NCBI GenBank assembly: GCA_007131245.1
Contig: SLQX01000016.1
Location: 1-59,047 of the forward strand
Origin: Bacteroidales bacterium
Lineage (GTDB): Bacteria; Bacteroidota; Bacteroidia; Bacteroidales; UBA7960
Length of the DNA stretch: 59,047 bases
Direction: 5' to 3'
Below are positions 10,606 to 21,294 of this stretch, one piece after another. A program made the translations under genes and the position numbers. Under the pieces are notes generated by a model, which was not told where the DNA came from, did not search any database, and saw only the letters and a program-made list of their open reading frames with translations. Within the stretch, counting starts at the first letter, position 1, and every line of letters begins with the position of its first letter.

Positions 10606-11724
10606 TTATAGTCTGAATCTGCCTCTTACAACCCGTATTTGTTCACGCAAGGATTTCCGGTTCATCTTTTTTTGTGCTGAATGTGTATCCCCTAACAAAA
10701 ATCCATAAGGTTCCATCCCCTCAACCTCATCAAATATAACTTTCAGTATGGCCATCCCCGGAATAAAGAGAATCATTCCGGCTAATCCCCAGATAAAATT
10801 TCCCACAAACAATGCAATGATAGTCATTAAGGGATTCATCGACACCTTACCCCCCACAATTTTGGGGGTAAACAAATTACTTTCGAGCAGCTGAATGACA
10901 TAGAAGGCCAGGAAAACACCAAACACATACCATAAGGAGTCTTTGGTAAGAAAGGCATACATAATGGGAAGTGTAGCACCTAGGAATGGTCCCAGAAACG
11001 GAATCACATTCAGAAGGGCTGCAAAGCCGGCAAAAAGAAATGCGTGCTTAATTCCAAGACTTAATAAAGCGATACTGTTCAAAACTGCCAGCACACATAT
11101 CACGATAAACATCCCTATGATATAATTCTGAACTACCAGCTTTACTTTGTAAATAACATTCTTAACCTTTATTTTATGCCTTTCTTCAAAGGACATAAGG
11201 ATAAACTCAATAAGAAAGTTTCGAAAATAGAGAAACAAAAAAATGTAGATTGGCATGATTAAGACCATGGTAAGCGTACCGGCTGTGGCAATAATACCCT
11301 GGGTAAGCCCGGCAGCATTTTCATACAAATACTGAAAAATGGTCTGTTGGATATTATCACCTGATATGGGCACAACGCCTTCCAAATTTTCTTCTATATA
11401 GGCATTTAAAATCCCCAGGTAATAGGAAACCCGCTGCTCCAAAAGGGTGAGGTCATCTGCAAAACGAAGTATCTGGTTGTAGAAGAAATAGACCAGGGCA
11501 CTAATGGCCGCTAACAGTAAGATAACACTTAGACCAACGGCAAGGGCCTTGGGAAAGCGCAACCGTTCCAAAAAGGAGGTCAGCGGACTTATCATAATGG
11601 CCAAAAGTCCGGAAACCAACAGGGGGACCAATATGGACTTAGCCTCTCGCATAATAAATACCACCAACACCAATCCAAGCATCAGAATGACCAACTTCAC
11701 ATAAAATGCAAATTTTACTTTCAT
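10606..11724 (-). CDS. AI-2E family transporter
   Basis: Multi-TM protein with LNVIPFLGP, QLLESNLFTPKIVG, MNPL, WGLAGMILFIP. Confidence 0.92.
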   Translation of the reverse strand: MKVKFAFYVKLVILMLGLVLVVFIMREAKSILVPLLVSGLLAIMISPLTSFLERLRFPKALAVGLSVILLLAAISALVYFFYNQILRFADDLTLLEQRVSYYLGILNAYIEENLEGVVPISGDNIQQTIFQYLYENAAGLTQGIIATAGTLTMVLIMPIYIFLFLYFRNFLIEFILMSFEERHKIKVKNVIYKVKLVVQNYIIGMFIVICVLAVLNSIALLSLGIKHAFLFAGFAALLNVIPFLGPFLGATLPIMYAFLTKDSLWYVFGVFLAFYVIQLLESNLFTPKIVGGKVSMNPLMTIIALFVGNFIWGLAGMILFIPGMAILKVIFDEVEGMEPYGFLLGDTHSAQKKMNRKSLREQIRVVRGRFRL

Positions 11725-11732
11725 AATAATCT

Positions 11733-12641
11733 TTATTGAAAATGTTTTTTACATCCGGCATCGATTGCCAATACATAATTATTTATCACATCCAGCTCTT
11801 GGGCTGTTTGCCAACCATCAAAACCACGGATATGCTCATAATCCACCGAGTCAGCAAAAATTTCCAAATAAAGGCGGGCAACTGGGATAAATGACCAGTG
11901 CCATTTCTCTTCCTCATACCCTTGGTTATCTCTTTGCCCTAAAACAGTGTACGGCTGACAAAAGCCATAGTAAGAGGCATTTTCACTGAGCCATTCATAC
12001 TCTAGCTTGCCCTTTCCTTCCCGGAAGTAGTTATTGTCAAGGCTGTTGATATCTATATCTGTTCCCCAGTGGTGCCGTGATGTGCCGGGCATGGCACTAA
12101 AACGTAATACTTCTTTTGCCCTCTTGCTGGGATCAATGATACTGGTAGCATTGATATTTCCATGCAAAGACTGAACTCCATTCCATTTGTTTTCCCATAT
12201 ACGTTTCTGATGATCAAAACTTCGGAATGCAGAAATAATGGTTAATTGCACGCCACCTTCGGAGGCAGCAGCGTGCATTTTCTTAAATGCTTCATAAGCC
12301 TCCTTATGCATATACAGTCCTTCCCTATTGCCATAACCTGAATGAACTAGGGTAAGAAGACTGTCTCTCTCCTGTCTTGAGTGCTTACCTAGTAGTATAT
12401 TTGTTGTAGGTAAATGATTTTCTTGCATAATTTCATCGCTCTTTTCCTGTTCTGCTTTTTCCTCCTGCACATGATTTACAGTATGCTCCTTTTGATGGAT
12501 GTCTGCATCAGGAATTCTTTGGTAAGACCTGTATGCCCGGGAAAAAATGATAGCAAGGGCCAGTGCAATTATCAATAGGATAGTAAAGATACTTTTCTTC
12601 TTTATGGTAGCCTTCTTTTTTTTAAACCGATTTTTATTCAT
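11733..12641 (-). CDS. M15 family (VanY-like) D-Ala-D-Ala carboxypeptidase, membrane anchored
   Basis: ISAFRS, PGTSRHHWGTDID (SxHxxGxxxD), EKWHW; basic N-terminus followed by a TM segment. Confidence 0.9.
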   Translation of the reverse strand: MNKNRFKKKKATIKKKSIFTILLIIALALAIIFSRAYRSYQRIPDADIHQKEHTVNHVQEEKAEQEKSDEIMQENHLPTTNILLGKHSRQERDSLLTLVHSGYGNREGLYMHKEAYEAFKKMHAAASEGGVQLTIISAFRSFDHQKRIWENKWNGVQSLHGNINATSIIDPSKRAKEVLRFSAMPGTSRHHWGTDIDINSLDNNYFREGKGKLEYEWLSENASYYGFCQPYTVLGQRDNQGYEEEKWHWSFIPVARLYLEIFADSVDYEHIRGFDGWQTAQELDVINNYVLAIDAGCKKHFQ

Positions 12642-12828
12642 TGGTGTTAAAACTATCTAATCAGGTATATTTATTTAATGTTGTTTCTCCAAAGCTATTT
12701 AATATCCCGTGTGTTCGGGAGTATCAAAATTACATTTTTAACCGATATTTTTACCTGAACCATCAAACAATTGCGTAATTTTGTTACTTATTCATGAAAT
12801 TTTAATAAATCTACAATATTTCAAAAGT

Positions 12829-13641
12829 ATGAAGAAAGTTTTAAAAGCATACGAAAATTTAGAATTCTTAAAATCTCCCTCTGCCCGGGTATTGAGAATC
12901 ATGTCAGAGTTTGTCGAGCCCCAGGCCCGCTTTAAGAAAAACAACATTCAGGATACGGTTGTTTTTTTTGGTTCTGCACGGCTGATGCCAAAAAATGACG
13001 CCCAAAAGCAATTGGATGCCATAAAAAAAGAATCCTCACCTGATAAAACTAAATTGCATAAAGCAGAAATTAGCCTGAAAAACTCAAGGTATTATGATGA
13101 CGCAGTGGAGCTGTCGCGCCGGATAACCCAGTGGTCAATGAAAAATTATTACCACAACGGAAGACGCTATGTAGTATGCACGGGAGGTGGCCCTGGCATT
13201 ATGGAAGCAGCCAACAAGGGTGCCTATCTTGCCGGGGGCAAATCTATAGGTCTCAATATCAGTCTACCTTTCGAACAGTATTCCAACCCCTATCTTGAAG
13301 ATGATATGAATTTGGAGTTTCACTACTTTTTCATGCGGAAATTCTGGTTTGCCTATCCGGCCAAAGCCATTGTCATTTTCCCGGGTGGCTTTGGTACTTT
13401 GGATGAGCTTGCCGAAATCCTTACCCTGGTGCAAACAGGCAAAATCAAAAAAGAAATGAAAATTCTTATTTACGACAGCCAATACTGGAACGATATCATC
13501 AACTTTAAAAAATTTGCCGAGCATGGTATGATAAGTGAAGCGGATCTGAATCTTTTCACCATTTGCGATAGCGTTGACCAGTTGGAACAAGAGCTAATGG
13601 CCCATTTTGAAGCGGTTAAGGAAAGCGATAAGTTGATGTAG
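12829..13641 (+). CDS. LOG family (TIGR00730) nucleotide phosphoribohydrolase
   Basis: VFFGSAR, TGGGPGIMEAANKGA, FFMRK, PGGFGTLDE. ATG 12829 is preferred over TTG 12781. Confidence 0.92.
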   Translation: MKKVLKAYENLEFLKSPSARVLRIMSEFVEPQARFKKNNIQDTVVFFGSARLMPKNDAQKQLDAIKKESSPDKTKLHKAEISLKNSRYYDDAVELSRRITQWSMKNYYHNGRRYVVCTGGGPGIMEAANKGAYLAGGKSIGLNISLPFEQYSNPYLEDDMNLEFHYFFMRKFWFAYPAKAIVIFPGGFGTLDELAEILTLVQTGKIKKEMKILIYDSQYWNDIINFKKFAEHGMISEADLNLFTICDSVDQLEQELMAHFEAVKESDKLM

Positions 13642-13656
13642 ACCTTTACTTACCCA

Positions 13657-16002
13657 TCAGAAAGGATAACCAATGGCCAGGTTAAAAAGCAGATTGTCTC
13701 TTCTCCAGGCACCATCGAAAGGCTTGAATGCCTGGAAATAGCCCAGTGAGTCATCGTAAGGTATGGCAAGGGGAAAAGCCAAATCCAGGCGCAAAATAAA
13801 AAAGGTAAAATCGAAACGCAGCCCAAAGCCCGTGCCCAACGCTATCTGGCTAAGAAATTCGTTGCTTTCAAATTTGCCACCGGGCGCTCTTTCCCGTTCG
13901 CGCAAATTCCAAACATTTCCTGCATCAGCAAAAAGCGCTCCCTTCACAATACTTGTAAATTCGTAACGATATTCCAGGTTGAGTTCCAGTTTCATTTCCC
14001 CCGACTGGTAAATATTAAAACTAGTAGCCAGAGTATCTGGAGTTTCATAGGATCCGGGACCCAACGTGCGTGGATGAAAAGCGCGGATGCTGTTACTGCC
14101 ACCGATGCTAAATAATTTGATATAGGGAAGTGTGGATGAATTACCATATGGTATTCCTACTCCGGCAGCTATACGGCTGACAAGACGCTGACCATGCCTC
14201 ATATCCAGGTAATAGCGAACATCAAAGTCAGCTTTGGAATACTGCGAAAAACTTTGATTGAAAATGCCATAATCACCCTCAATATCCGATTCTCCTAATC
14301 CAAAGCCCTCCATAAACAAATAAAGCAAATTGCCGGAAAAATCCAGGTTGAAATTTAAGTACCAGTCATGTTTACGTCGCTCCTTCAGTTGTGAATTATA
14401 CTGAAAAGAGTATTCCGACCCCAACAGGAATTGCTCAAACAGTCCTCGTCTGAAAAGTACTTCATCAGAAAAAATTTGCTCATAATCCTCAGAAATAGTA
14501 CCAAGAGAAAAAATATTAAAGACAAAAGGCATATATCGATGACGGGTGGTAACCGATTGATTCCACTGATAGCCAAACTGGCTCCTTGCTGAAGAAACGC
14601 TAAAAGCATCCGTTCTGCTGAGAAAATTAAAAGAAAGTGTCACCAGGGTGCGGGGAACAAACCTGGGCGATATGTTGCTAATACCAAAGGGAGCCAAAAA
14701 CTGGGGTATCGCCAGCTCAGAAGACAAGCCTGCTTCGTAGGAGCTGGATTGCGCTTCTCTGCCACCCAACAAAACTTCATAGGAACCATCCAGGTTAAGG
14801 CTGAAATGCTCCGCACCTCCTAAAAAGTTTCTATTATGAAAAGAAACCGTAAGTCCGGGCCCGGCAAAGTTGGTAGACTTGGATACGCCCCTGAGCTCAG
14901 TACTTATGGTTTTCTTCTCCATGGGTGTTAGTTGTACATGTACATCCAAATTATCGTTTGCAGCAACATCTCTGAAGCGAACATTCACAAACTTAAAAAC
15001 CTCAAGCCCCATTAAATGATTAAGCGTCAGATCGTGATTATTGCTATTATACCATTGGCCATTTTCGAAAAACACAGCACCTTTTAGTGTGGAGGGTCTA
15101 AATAGACCATGGTTATTAACCAGGAAAAAGTTATCAGCAAGATTCAGTGTATCTTCCTGGTTATTATCAGATTCAAGCTCCGGAGTATGACCTGCATTGA
15201 TGTAAACATTGCGGATTTTATACTTTTTCAGGGCTTTGGATGGAGTATTGGGTTTTAATTCCAGAGAAAGGCTCACCTCCCTGTTTCCCACGGTGGTATC
15301 TGCCCTGAAAATCAGAAAGTCATGATGGAAATAAAAATACCCCAATTCTTTCAAATGCTGATTGATTCGTTCTCTTTCCTGTTTAAGTTTGCTTAAACGA
15401 TAGCCTTCGCCGGGGCGGATAAGAGTCTCTTCCAGGGATGCGTTAATTACGGATGAAATATCTTTATCATCCCCAAGGGGAAGTATTTCTTTGATGGTAA
15501 ATGCAGGCTCAAGACTGACAAGAAATTCAGCCCTTGCGGTTCTTTGCGATTCCCGTGCAATAAAATCTACATTGGCATCGAAAAATCCCATATTAAACAA
15601 TCTGTTTTCTACCAACCTGACACTACGCTCTGCATCAAAGTCCTGCCATAATACAGGTGGTCTTCCAATGCGTGTTTTCATCCATCCACGAATCCCCCCC
15701 TCAGGATCTTCACCGGCGATGTTGTAAACCCATAAACGGGGTCTTATCCCCAGAAACCGCTCATTGGGCTTTGGCCTTATAACACGCTCAACTTCGGCAA
15801 CCACCTCACTTTTATTTTCTATCTTTTTTTCAGATTCAACACGAATCTTACTTCCCTTGTAAAGTTTTTGGTCTTCTTCCAGGTAGCTGAGGCTAGAGCA
15901 ACCCGAAAAAAGCAAAAGCAGTAGCAAAGCCTTCAAAAAGCCAAAACCTTTGGTTGTATGTATATGATTCAAAACCATAATATATTCTTCTTTATCTTGC
16001 AA
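13657..16002 (-). CDS. tamL: Omp85 family lipoprotein TamL (TamA/BamA-like)
   Basis: Lipobox LFSGC, POTRA-like GYFYF segments, barrel motifs GGSNSIRAF, FADAGNVW, GFGLRFD, C-terminal AIGYPF; 9 bp downstream of the tamB paralogue. Confidence 0.9.
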   Translation of the reverse strand: MQDKEEYIMVLNHIHTTKGFGFLKALLLLLLFSGCSSLSYLEEDQKLYKGSKIRVESEKKIENKSEVVAEVERVIRPKPNERFLGIRPRLWVYNIAGEDPEGGIRGWMKTRIGRPPVLWQDFDAERSVRLVENRLFNMGFFDANVDFIARESQRTARAEFLVSLEPAFTIKEILPLGDDKDISSVINASLEETLIRPGEGYRLSKLKQERERINQHLKELGYFYFHHDFLIFRADTTVGNREVSLSLELKPNTPSKALKKYKIRNVYINAGHTPELESDNNQEDTLNLADNFFLVNNHGLFRPSTLKGAVFFENGQWYNSNNHDLTLNHLMGLEVFKFVNVRFRDVAANDNLDVHVQLTPMEKKTISTELRGVSKSTNFAGPGLTVSFHNRNFLGGAEHFSLNLDGSYEVLLGGREAQSSSYEAGLSSELAIPQFLAPFGISNISPRFVPRTLVTLSFNFLSRTDAFSVSSARSQFGYQWNQSVTTRHRYMPFVFNIFSLGTISEDYEQIFSDEVLFRRGLFEQFLLGSEYSFQYNSQLKERRKHDWYLNFNLDFSGNLLYLFMEGFGLGESDIEGDYGIFNQSFSQYSKADFDVRYYLDMRHGQRLVSRIAAGVGIPYGNSSTLPYIKLFSIGGSNSIRAFHPRTLGPGSYETPDTLATSFNIYQSGEMKLELNLEYRYEFTSIVKGALFADAGNVWNLRERERAPGGKFESNEFLSQIALGTGFGLRFDFTFFILRLDLAFPLAIPYDDSLGYFQAFKPFDGAWRRDNLLFNLAIGYPF

Positions 16003-16011
16003 ATAAGGGCC

Positions 16012-19000
16012 TTACATATCAGGAGGGACCAAATCTTCGAACTCGGGAAGCAGGTGTACTTCTGACTCCTCTTCTTTTTTCATAAACAGCTCCCGGAATT
16101 GATTATAACTCCTTGAAAAAACAATTGAAACACCCGTTTCAGTTACTTGTCCGTCGAAGACATCTCCATAGTTTCTTTTCCTGAAGCCTTTCAGAATCAA
16201 ATTTCCTTCAGGGTTAATCAGGTATTCTATACTAAAATCACCGGCGATGTCAGTAGGGTTTGTTTCCCTTCGTGCTTCATCTTCCAATTCGATATTTCCA
16301 CCCACACTTACTCTCACCCGCTCATCAAAAAAATCACGTGAAACCTCCATCTGAAGTTCGGTTCGCCCTCTTCCATCACCATCAGTGAAATCCACAAACG
16401 ACTCTACCTCTATGTTGATATCCACTCCTCTTACATACCTGTCAGATAAGCGGTTTAGCTGTTGAGAAAGAATCTGGCTGGCAGAAGAGCGCGCCGTAGA
16501 AGTTAAATCTCCTCCTCCCAGTGAAGCAAATGGATTTTCCTGGATAAAATTACCCAGGATAAGCAAAGCAAACACCTGCTTGTTAAGCTCCGATTCGTTT
16601 TGGTTAATTTGATTGATTCGAGCCATGAGTGAACCATCCATGGCATTTTGATGCTCCGGGGGGAGGTCAAGCTCAAAGCTAATCTGGGGCTCCATCAGAT
16701 TCCCTTTCATTTTGAGGTACACCAAAAAAGGGAATTGCTGCCGCATAGCAGCACCCTGGGCCTGGTCACCGGATGCCTGACCGGCCATAAGCTCCCGGGT
16801 GCCTGTACGAATTGTGTAAATAGCTGTAATATCAACATTTGCATTGAGGGGATCGCCTGTCCAGACTATATTGCTTCCGGAACGAATACGGAAGTTACGC
16901 CGTATCACATCATAAAAAGTAAGCAAATATTCACCCTCTACCATTTCGTAACGGCCCGAGAGGGATACCCGTCCACCAGGATCAACTCCCAGACTTAACA
17001 CTCCCCCACCCTGCACTTCCAGGAAATCACCGGCGTACTCATCGATAATTATTTTCACATCTGTTTGCCTGTCGATTTCGATGTTAGCATTTAAGTCCAG
17101 GCGTTCAAAAGAGGACTGCACCTCCCTGGAATCCGCCTCTCTGGCCATTTGATAAAATAGGGTGTCCCTTGGTTGTACAAACTCCACCACCCCTTCATCT
17201 CCAATGGCCTCCGGCATGGTTTGTGGCAGGTAAAAAGTAAAATCAGACCCTTCATTTAGCTTGATTCTCCCTTCCACCTCTGGATTATCCTGGCTTCCGG
17301 TAAGACGTAAATCTGTATCCATCAATATTCGACCATGATACAAATCATTCTGGTTGGGTTTTACATTCATCAGTAAAAAGTTTCGCGAACTCAAGCTAAT
17401 GTCAAAGGCCAGCTGATTTAGATCGGCAAAATTTACATTTCCGTTTAATGTTGCGTTTCGCCCCATAGAATCTTCCAGTGATAGACCTTGTAACCTTAAT
17501 TGCTGCCTGTCAAAAAGAATTTGCTCGCTTTTGAGAAAGTAACCCGCGTTCAGGTCTGGAACCCGGAACGCTGTCTCGTTGATATTGAGTTCTCCGGCAA
17601 CCATTGGCTCACTGGTAGTACCGGTAATATTCATTTTCCCGGAAAGATATCCTTGCAGGTGGGTAAGATTGCCGCCAGCAAACCCTTCAAAGGACGGTAG
17701 ATCAAGTCTTTCAAGGTTTACCTGCATATCAACAGACTCTTGCTCCCCGCTACGGTAGTTACCTGTAACAGTAATATCTGTAAGCTTACTTTTTACCGTA
17801 GCAAAAACTTCAAACAGGTTTTGTTCCGGATTTTCTGCTTTCAATACGATATCACCAATGGTATCACCCCTGAAGGAAAATTCATCCACAGATATATCTG
17901 CCAGGAAAGAAGGGTTTTCAAAAAAGTTAATAAAGCTAAAATGGCCATTTAGCATTCCTCCAACAACAGGTAAGCTATCCGAAATATGAGTCAGGTTCCC
18001 TAAATCTATCTGTTGCATTTGAGCATCTACTATCGGGTAACTTTGTTCGTGCTCACGACTGGCCAGAGAAATTAACCGCTCCTGACTTTGAAGGTTAAAG
18101 TTGTGAATTTGAATAAATTGTTTGCCGAAGGTTATTCTGTTATCAGGTGATACCTGCCACAACTCTCCATTGATCATGGGCTCAGTCTCACGCAAATGGA
18201 AAACATACAGGCTATCGGATATTTCCAAACGAGCTGGCAGTGCATATAAAGGGTTATTTTCAAAATCGCTGAGCGACAGGTCAAAATCCAGCAATTGATC
18301 CCTGAAACTTCCTGCAACCTGTAAGTCATGGTATAACATCTGTTGTAAATCCAATTTTTCCAGCGAAACCACAAAATTCATTTTATCGTGGTCAGAATGA
18401 ACACTGGTATTAAAACGGGTAAGGTCAAGGCCGGCATAACTTATTCGGGGCCAGTTCACCTCCAGGCTCAACCTGCGTAAACTTTTATTGTAGGACAACC
18501 TGGCGTTCAGTGTATCATAGTTTTGAACGTCTTTTAAAACAACGTTGGAAATCAAATCATTGGGTTTTACTATCAATTCCAACTCAAATTGCTTGTTTTC
18601 AGAACCGTCGGTTTCCGTCTCCAGGTAGGGGAGTTCATAATAATGGGAAAAATGCCCGGTAAGCTCTCCGGGAATCCGGGCTGGGGAAAAGTTTCCGGAA
18701 AAGTCGGCATCTGCAATTTGTGACCGCAAGGTAAGGATATATTCTCCGGCTTCTACCCCTGAGTTAATTTGTAATTCTGGTAAATCATAAATTTCATTTT
18801 CCAATGCCATGCTTGTATTGCGCAAACTTACATGACCACTGAAAAAATCATCCACGTCAAAAACCAGGTCAGCCTGCAAGTTTGTCTTCACCAATAAGTC
18901 ATCTTCCACAACTCCCAATTGCCCCAGCTGCGCATAATGAACCACTAATTTACTCTGAAGTGCAGGCACTGCAGAAAAAGCAGCATAACCACCCTCCAAT

Positions 19001-21078
19001 TCCAGTGAAAGTTTATCATCCTGGTAATTGGTGGAAACACTTGCCACAGAATCTTTTAACTCCAGGTTAACTATCCAATCATTATACGCATATTGGTTAT
19101 AGGTAAGATTTCCCAGCTCAATCTTTCCCTCCAGGTTCATCTCTTCAGGCTTGGTGCCCTTTCCCACTATATCCACATTCAAGGCCACCGGTTCGGTAAT
19201 TTTTTCGCTTTGCATGAGGAGCTTACCCACATCAAACTCATCTGCAACTAGCTTTCCAGAGAACGCTGAAAGGCCATCCGGCACCTCTTCCAGGTAGGCC
19301 TCCAAAGCAATATTGCCCAAATCCGACTGTATACTTGAGTATGCTTCAAAAGACTTAACTGAACCTTGTGTTTTGTTTTTTACATATACAAAGTTCGGCA
19401 ACTGAATTCCCTGCGGTTTCAAGGTGTCAGGCAGATTGGCCATAAAACGACCCGGGGCAGCAAAAACTTCCATCATGGGCAGATCCCAGGATAAACTATC
19501 TTGCCTGGGTAACCCTTTAACGTTGCCATGCAGGCTCGCAGTAAAAAATTCGGGGGCAGTAATTTGTAAACTATCCAGCTTTAAATCAGATATCTTACCA
19601 CTAAATCCACCTCCCAGTCTCAATCCATGGTTATCTGGCCAGTTAAAATACAGCTGATTCATCACCGGCATAAAATAAGCCAGATCTTCTTGTATGTGTG
19701 TTTCCAAAAAACTAAAGTCCAGGTGGTAGTTCAAGATATCATCCTGGGCAAAATGGAGAAAGTTGTTGTTGCTGGCAAATGAAAAACCCACCTTGCTTTC
19801 CCCGGTGTGAAGAAAAAAGTCCTCAATACGTGTTTGGTCACCAAGCTCAATATCACCACTGAATTCCAGGATTTTCATCTCCTCTCCCAGGTTCATGCTT
19901 ATATTCTGAAGGTGTAGCCGCACGTTTTCGGGTGATACTAACACTTCACTCAGAGCCATATTCAAATGGTCAATCTTAAGGTTCTCCGGATTAAAAACAC
20001 CTGGTGACGGGGTAAACCCATCTTGAACCAACTGAAAGAAAGATTCCTTCACAGAAAACTCTTTAACGCCAATGGACCAGTCCATAAGGTCGGCAAAGCG
20101 GAATGAAAAATCCGTAGTGTCCCCGGAATCCTCTTCAAGGGGCTTTTTTCCCGAATCGTGCTGTCCGTTTACTTGAGGAAAATCAAACTGCGCCACCAAT
20201 TTTTCAAGTGTCAGTGTTTGCAGTTTCACTAAATAATTATGTAACTCAATATTTTCCGGAATAAGCAACAATGACTCGAGCTGCACTGCCATTGAGGTTC
20301 CCTGGTAATCTGTAAAAGAGAAAGCCGGGTGTGCTATTTTTAATTCTGCCAACGCCAGATTTAACAGGGGCATTCCGGTTGATTCAGTGGGTTCAGGTGG
20401 GATTGTGGGCTTATTTATTTGGATTTGCACCTCGGGTCTTTCCAACAAAGTAGCTCCAAGGTGGTATTTACCGGTAAGCAAATCGGCCTGGGATAAGTCG
20501 GTAGTGAATTTTTTCAAGCCTGCCTGCAAATCCAAACCGGTGGTATGGTCGTACATATCAAAGGTGATGTCTTCCAAATGAATCTTGCGAACGTCAATAC
20601 TCCAGCCATTTTCTGCTTCTTCGGATTCATAGTCAGCTTCAGGGGTTTCTTCATCGGCAAAAGCATCTATCAAAAACTGGTAGTTATATACCGTATCCGG
20701 TTCTTCTCTTATCATCTTACCCACCACATCATTCAACTCCAGCAGGTTAACATCTACTTTTTGCCGCAGCAGGGATGTCAGCCGCACATCCACAAAAATA
20801 CTTCCTGCATACAGCAATGTATCTCCCTGGGTATCTTCAGCATAAATACCTTTCAGTCCGACAGATTTGGGAAACCTGATGGCAACCCTCTCAACATCAA
20901 AGCGGGTGTTTGTTTGGGATGAAATGGAAGTAGTAATCCTTTGGATGAGAAAAGTTTGTACGGAAGAAAGCTGTAACAGCAGGCTCACAACTAAAAATAA
21001 AACCAATAAAGAGCCAATAAGCCATGCCCCTGCTTTCAGAATCCACAGCAAATACTTTTTAATTAAAGATTTTAGCAT
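16012..21078 (-). CDS. tamB: TamB/AsmA-like protein, paralogue 2
   Basis: N-terminal TM followed by SSVQT, GDTLLY, C-terminal DUF490 (GSNIVWTGDP, QVFALLILGNF, ETGVSIVF). Confidence 0.9.
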   Translation of the reverse strand: MLKSLIKKYLLWILKAGAWLIGSLLVLFLVVSLLLQLSSVQTFLIQRITTSISSQTNTRFDVERVAIRFPKSVGLKGIYAEDTQGDTLLYAGSIFVDVRLTSLLRQKVDVNLLELNDVVGKMIREEPDTVYNYQFLIDAFADEETPEADYESEEAENGWSIDVRKIHLEDITFDMYDHTTGLDLQAGLKKFTTDLSQADLLTGKYHLGATLLERPEVQIQINKPTIPPEPTESTGMPLLNLALAELKIAHPAFSFTDYQGTSMAVQLESLLLIPENIELHNYLVKLQTLTLEKLVAQFDFPQVNGQHDSGKKPLEEDSGDTTDFSFRFADLMDWSIGVKEFSVKESFFQLVQDGFTPSPGVFNPENLKIDHLNMALSEVLVSPENVRLHLQNISMNLGEEMKILEFSGDIELGDQTRIEDFFLHTGESKVGFSFASNNNFLHFAQDDILNYHLDFSFLETHIQEDLAYFMPVMNQLYFNWPDNHGLRLGGGFSGKISDLKLDSLQITAPEFFTASLHGNVKGLPRQDSLSWDLPMMEVFAAPGRFMANLPDTLKPQGIQLPNFVYVKNKTQGSVKSFEAYSSIQSDLGNIALEAYLEEVPDGLSAFSGKLVADEFDVGKLLMQSEKITEPVALNVDIVGKGTKPEEMNLEGKIELGNLTYNQYAYNDWIVNLELKDSVASVSTNYQDDKLSLELEGGYAAFSAVPALQSKLVVHYAQLGQLGVVEDDLLVKTNLQADLVFDVDDFFSGHVSLRNTSMALENEIYDLPELQINSGVEAGEYILTLRSQIADADFSGNFSPARIPGELTGHFSHYYELPYLETETDGSENKQFELELIVKPNDLISNVVLKDVQNYDTLNARLSYNKSLRRLSLEVNWPRISYAGLDLTRFNTSVHSDHDKMNFVVSLEKLDLQQMLYHDLQVAGSFRDQLLDFDLSLSDFENNPLYALPARLEISDSLYVFHLRETEPMINGELWQVSPDNRITFGKQFIQIHNFNLQSQERLISLASREHEQSYPIVDAQMQQIDLGNLTHISDSLPVVGGMLNGHFSFINFFENPSFLADISVDEFSFRGDTIGDIVLKAENPEQNLFEVFATVKSKLTDITVTGNYRSGEQESVDMQVNLERLDLPSFEGFAGGNLTHLQGYLSGKMNITGTTSEPMVAGELNINETAFRVPDLNAGYFLKSEQILFDRQQLRLQGLSLEDSMGRNATLNGNVNFADLNQLAFDISLSSRNFLLMNVKPNQNDLYHGRILMDTDLRLTGSQDNPEVEGRIKLNEGSDFTFYLPQTMPEAIGDEGVVEFVQPRDTLFYQMAREADSREVQSSFERLDLNANIEIDRQTDVKIIIDEYAGDFLEVQGGGVLSLGVDPGGRVSLSGRYEMVEGEYLLTFYDVIRRNFRIRSGSNIVWTGDPLNANVDITAIYTIRTGTRELMAGQASGDQAQGAAMRQQFPFLVYLKMKGNLMEPQISFELDLPPEHQNAMDGSLMARINQINQNESELNKQVFALLILGNFIQENPFASLGGGDLTSTARSSASQILSQQLNRLSDRYVRGVDINIEVESFVDFTDGDGRGRTELQMEVSRDFFDERVRVSVGGNIELEDEARRETNPTDIAGDFSIEYLINPEGNLILKGFRKRNYGDVFDGQVTETGVSIVFSRSYNQFRELFMKKEEESEVHLLPEFEDLVPPDM

Positions 21079-21294
21079 TAAAAACAGGGATTAATAATAT
21101 GAGCTATTGCTTTTAAAGGTTAACACAGGAAATCCAAATTTTGTTGTTATACCCACGATGATACTACCTTAATAAAGGTTAATCTGCTTTATTGGGGGGA
21201 ATATTTACTTAACTTTGGATTTCAATATACATACCTTCCCAAAAGCAAATTTACATATTAGATTCTTAGCTTTACTAACCTAAAAACCAAAATT

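Noticed and set aside
11733-12641. VanY-like gene as a vancomycin resistance determinant
   Set aside because: No vanHAX or vanRS context; M15 carboxypeptidases are ordinary peptidoglycan enzymes in Gram-negatives.
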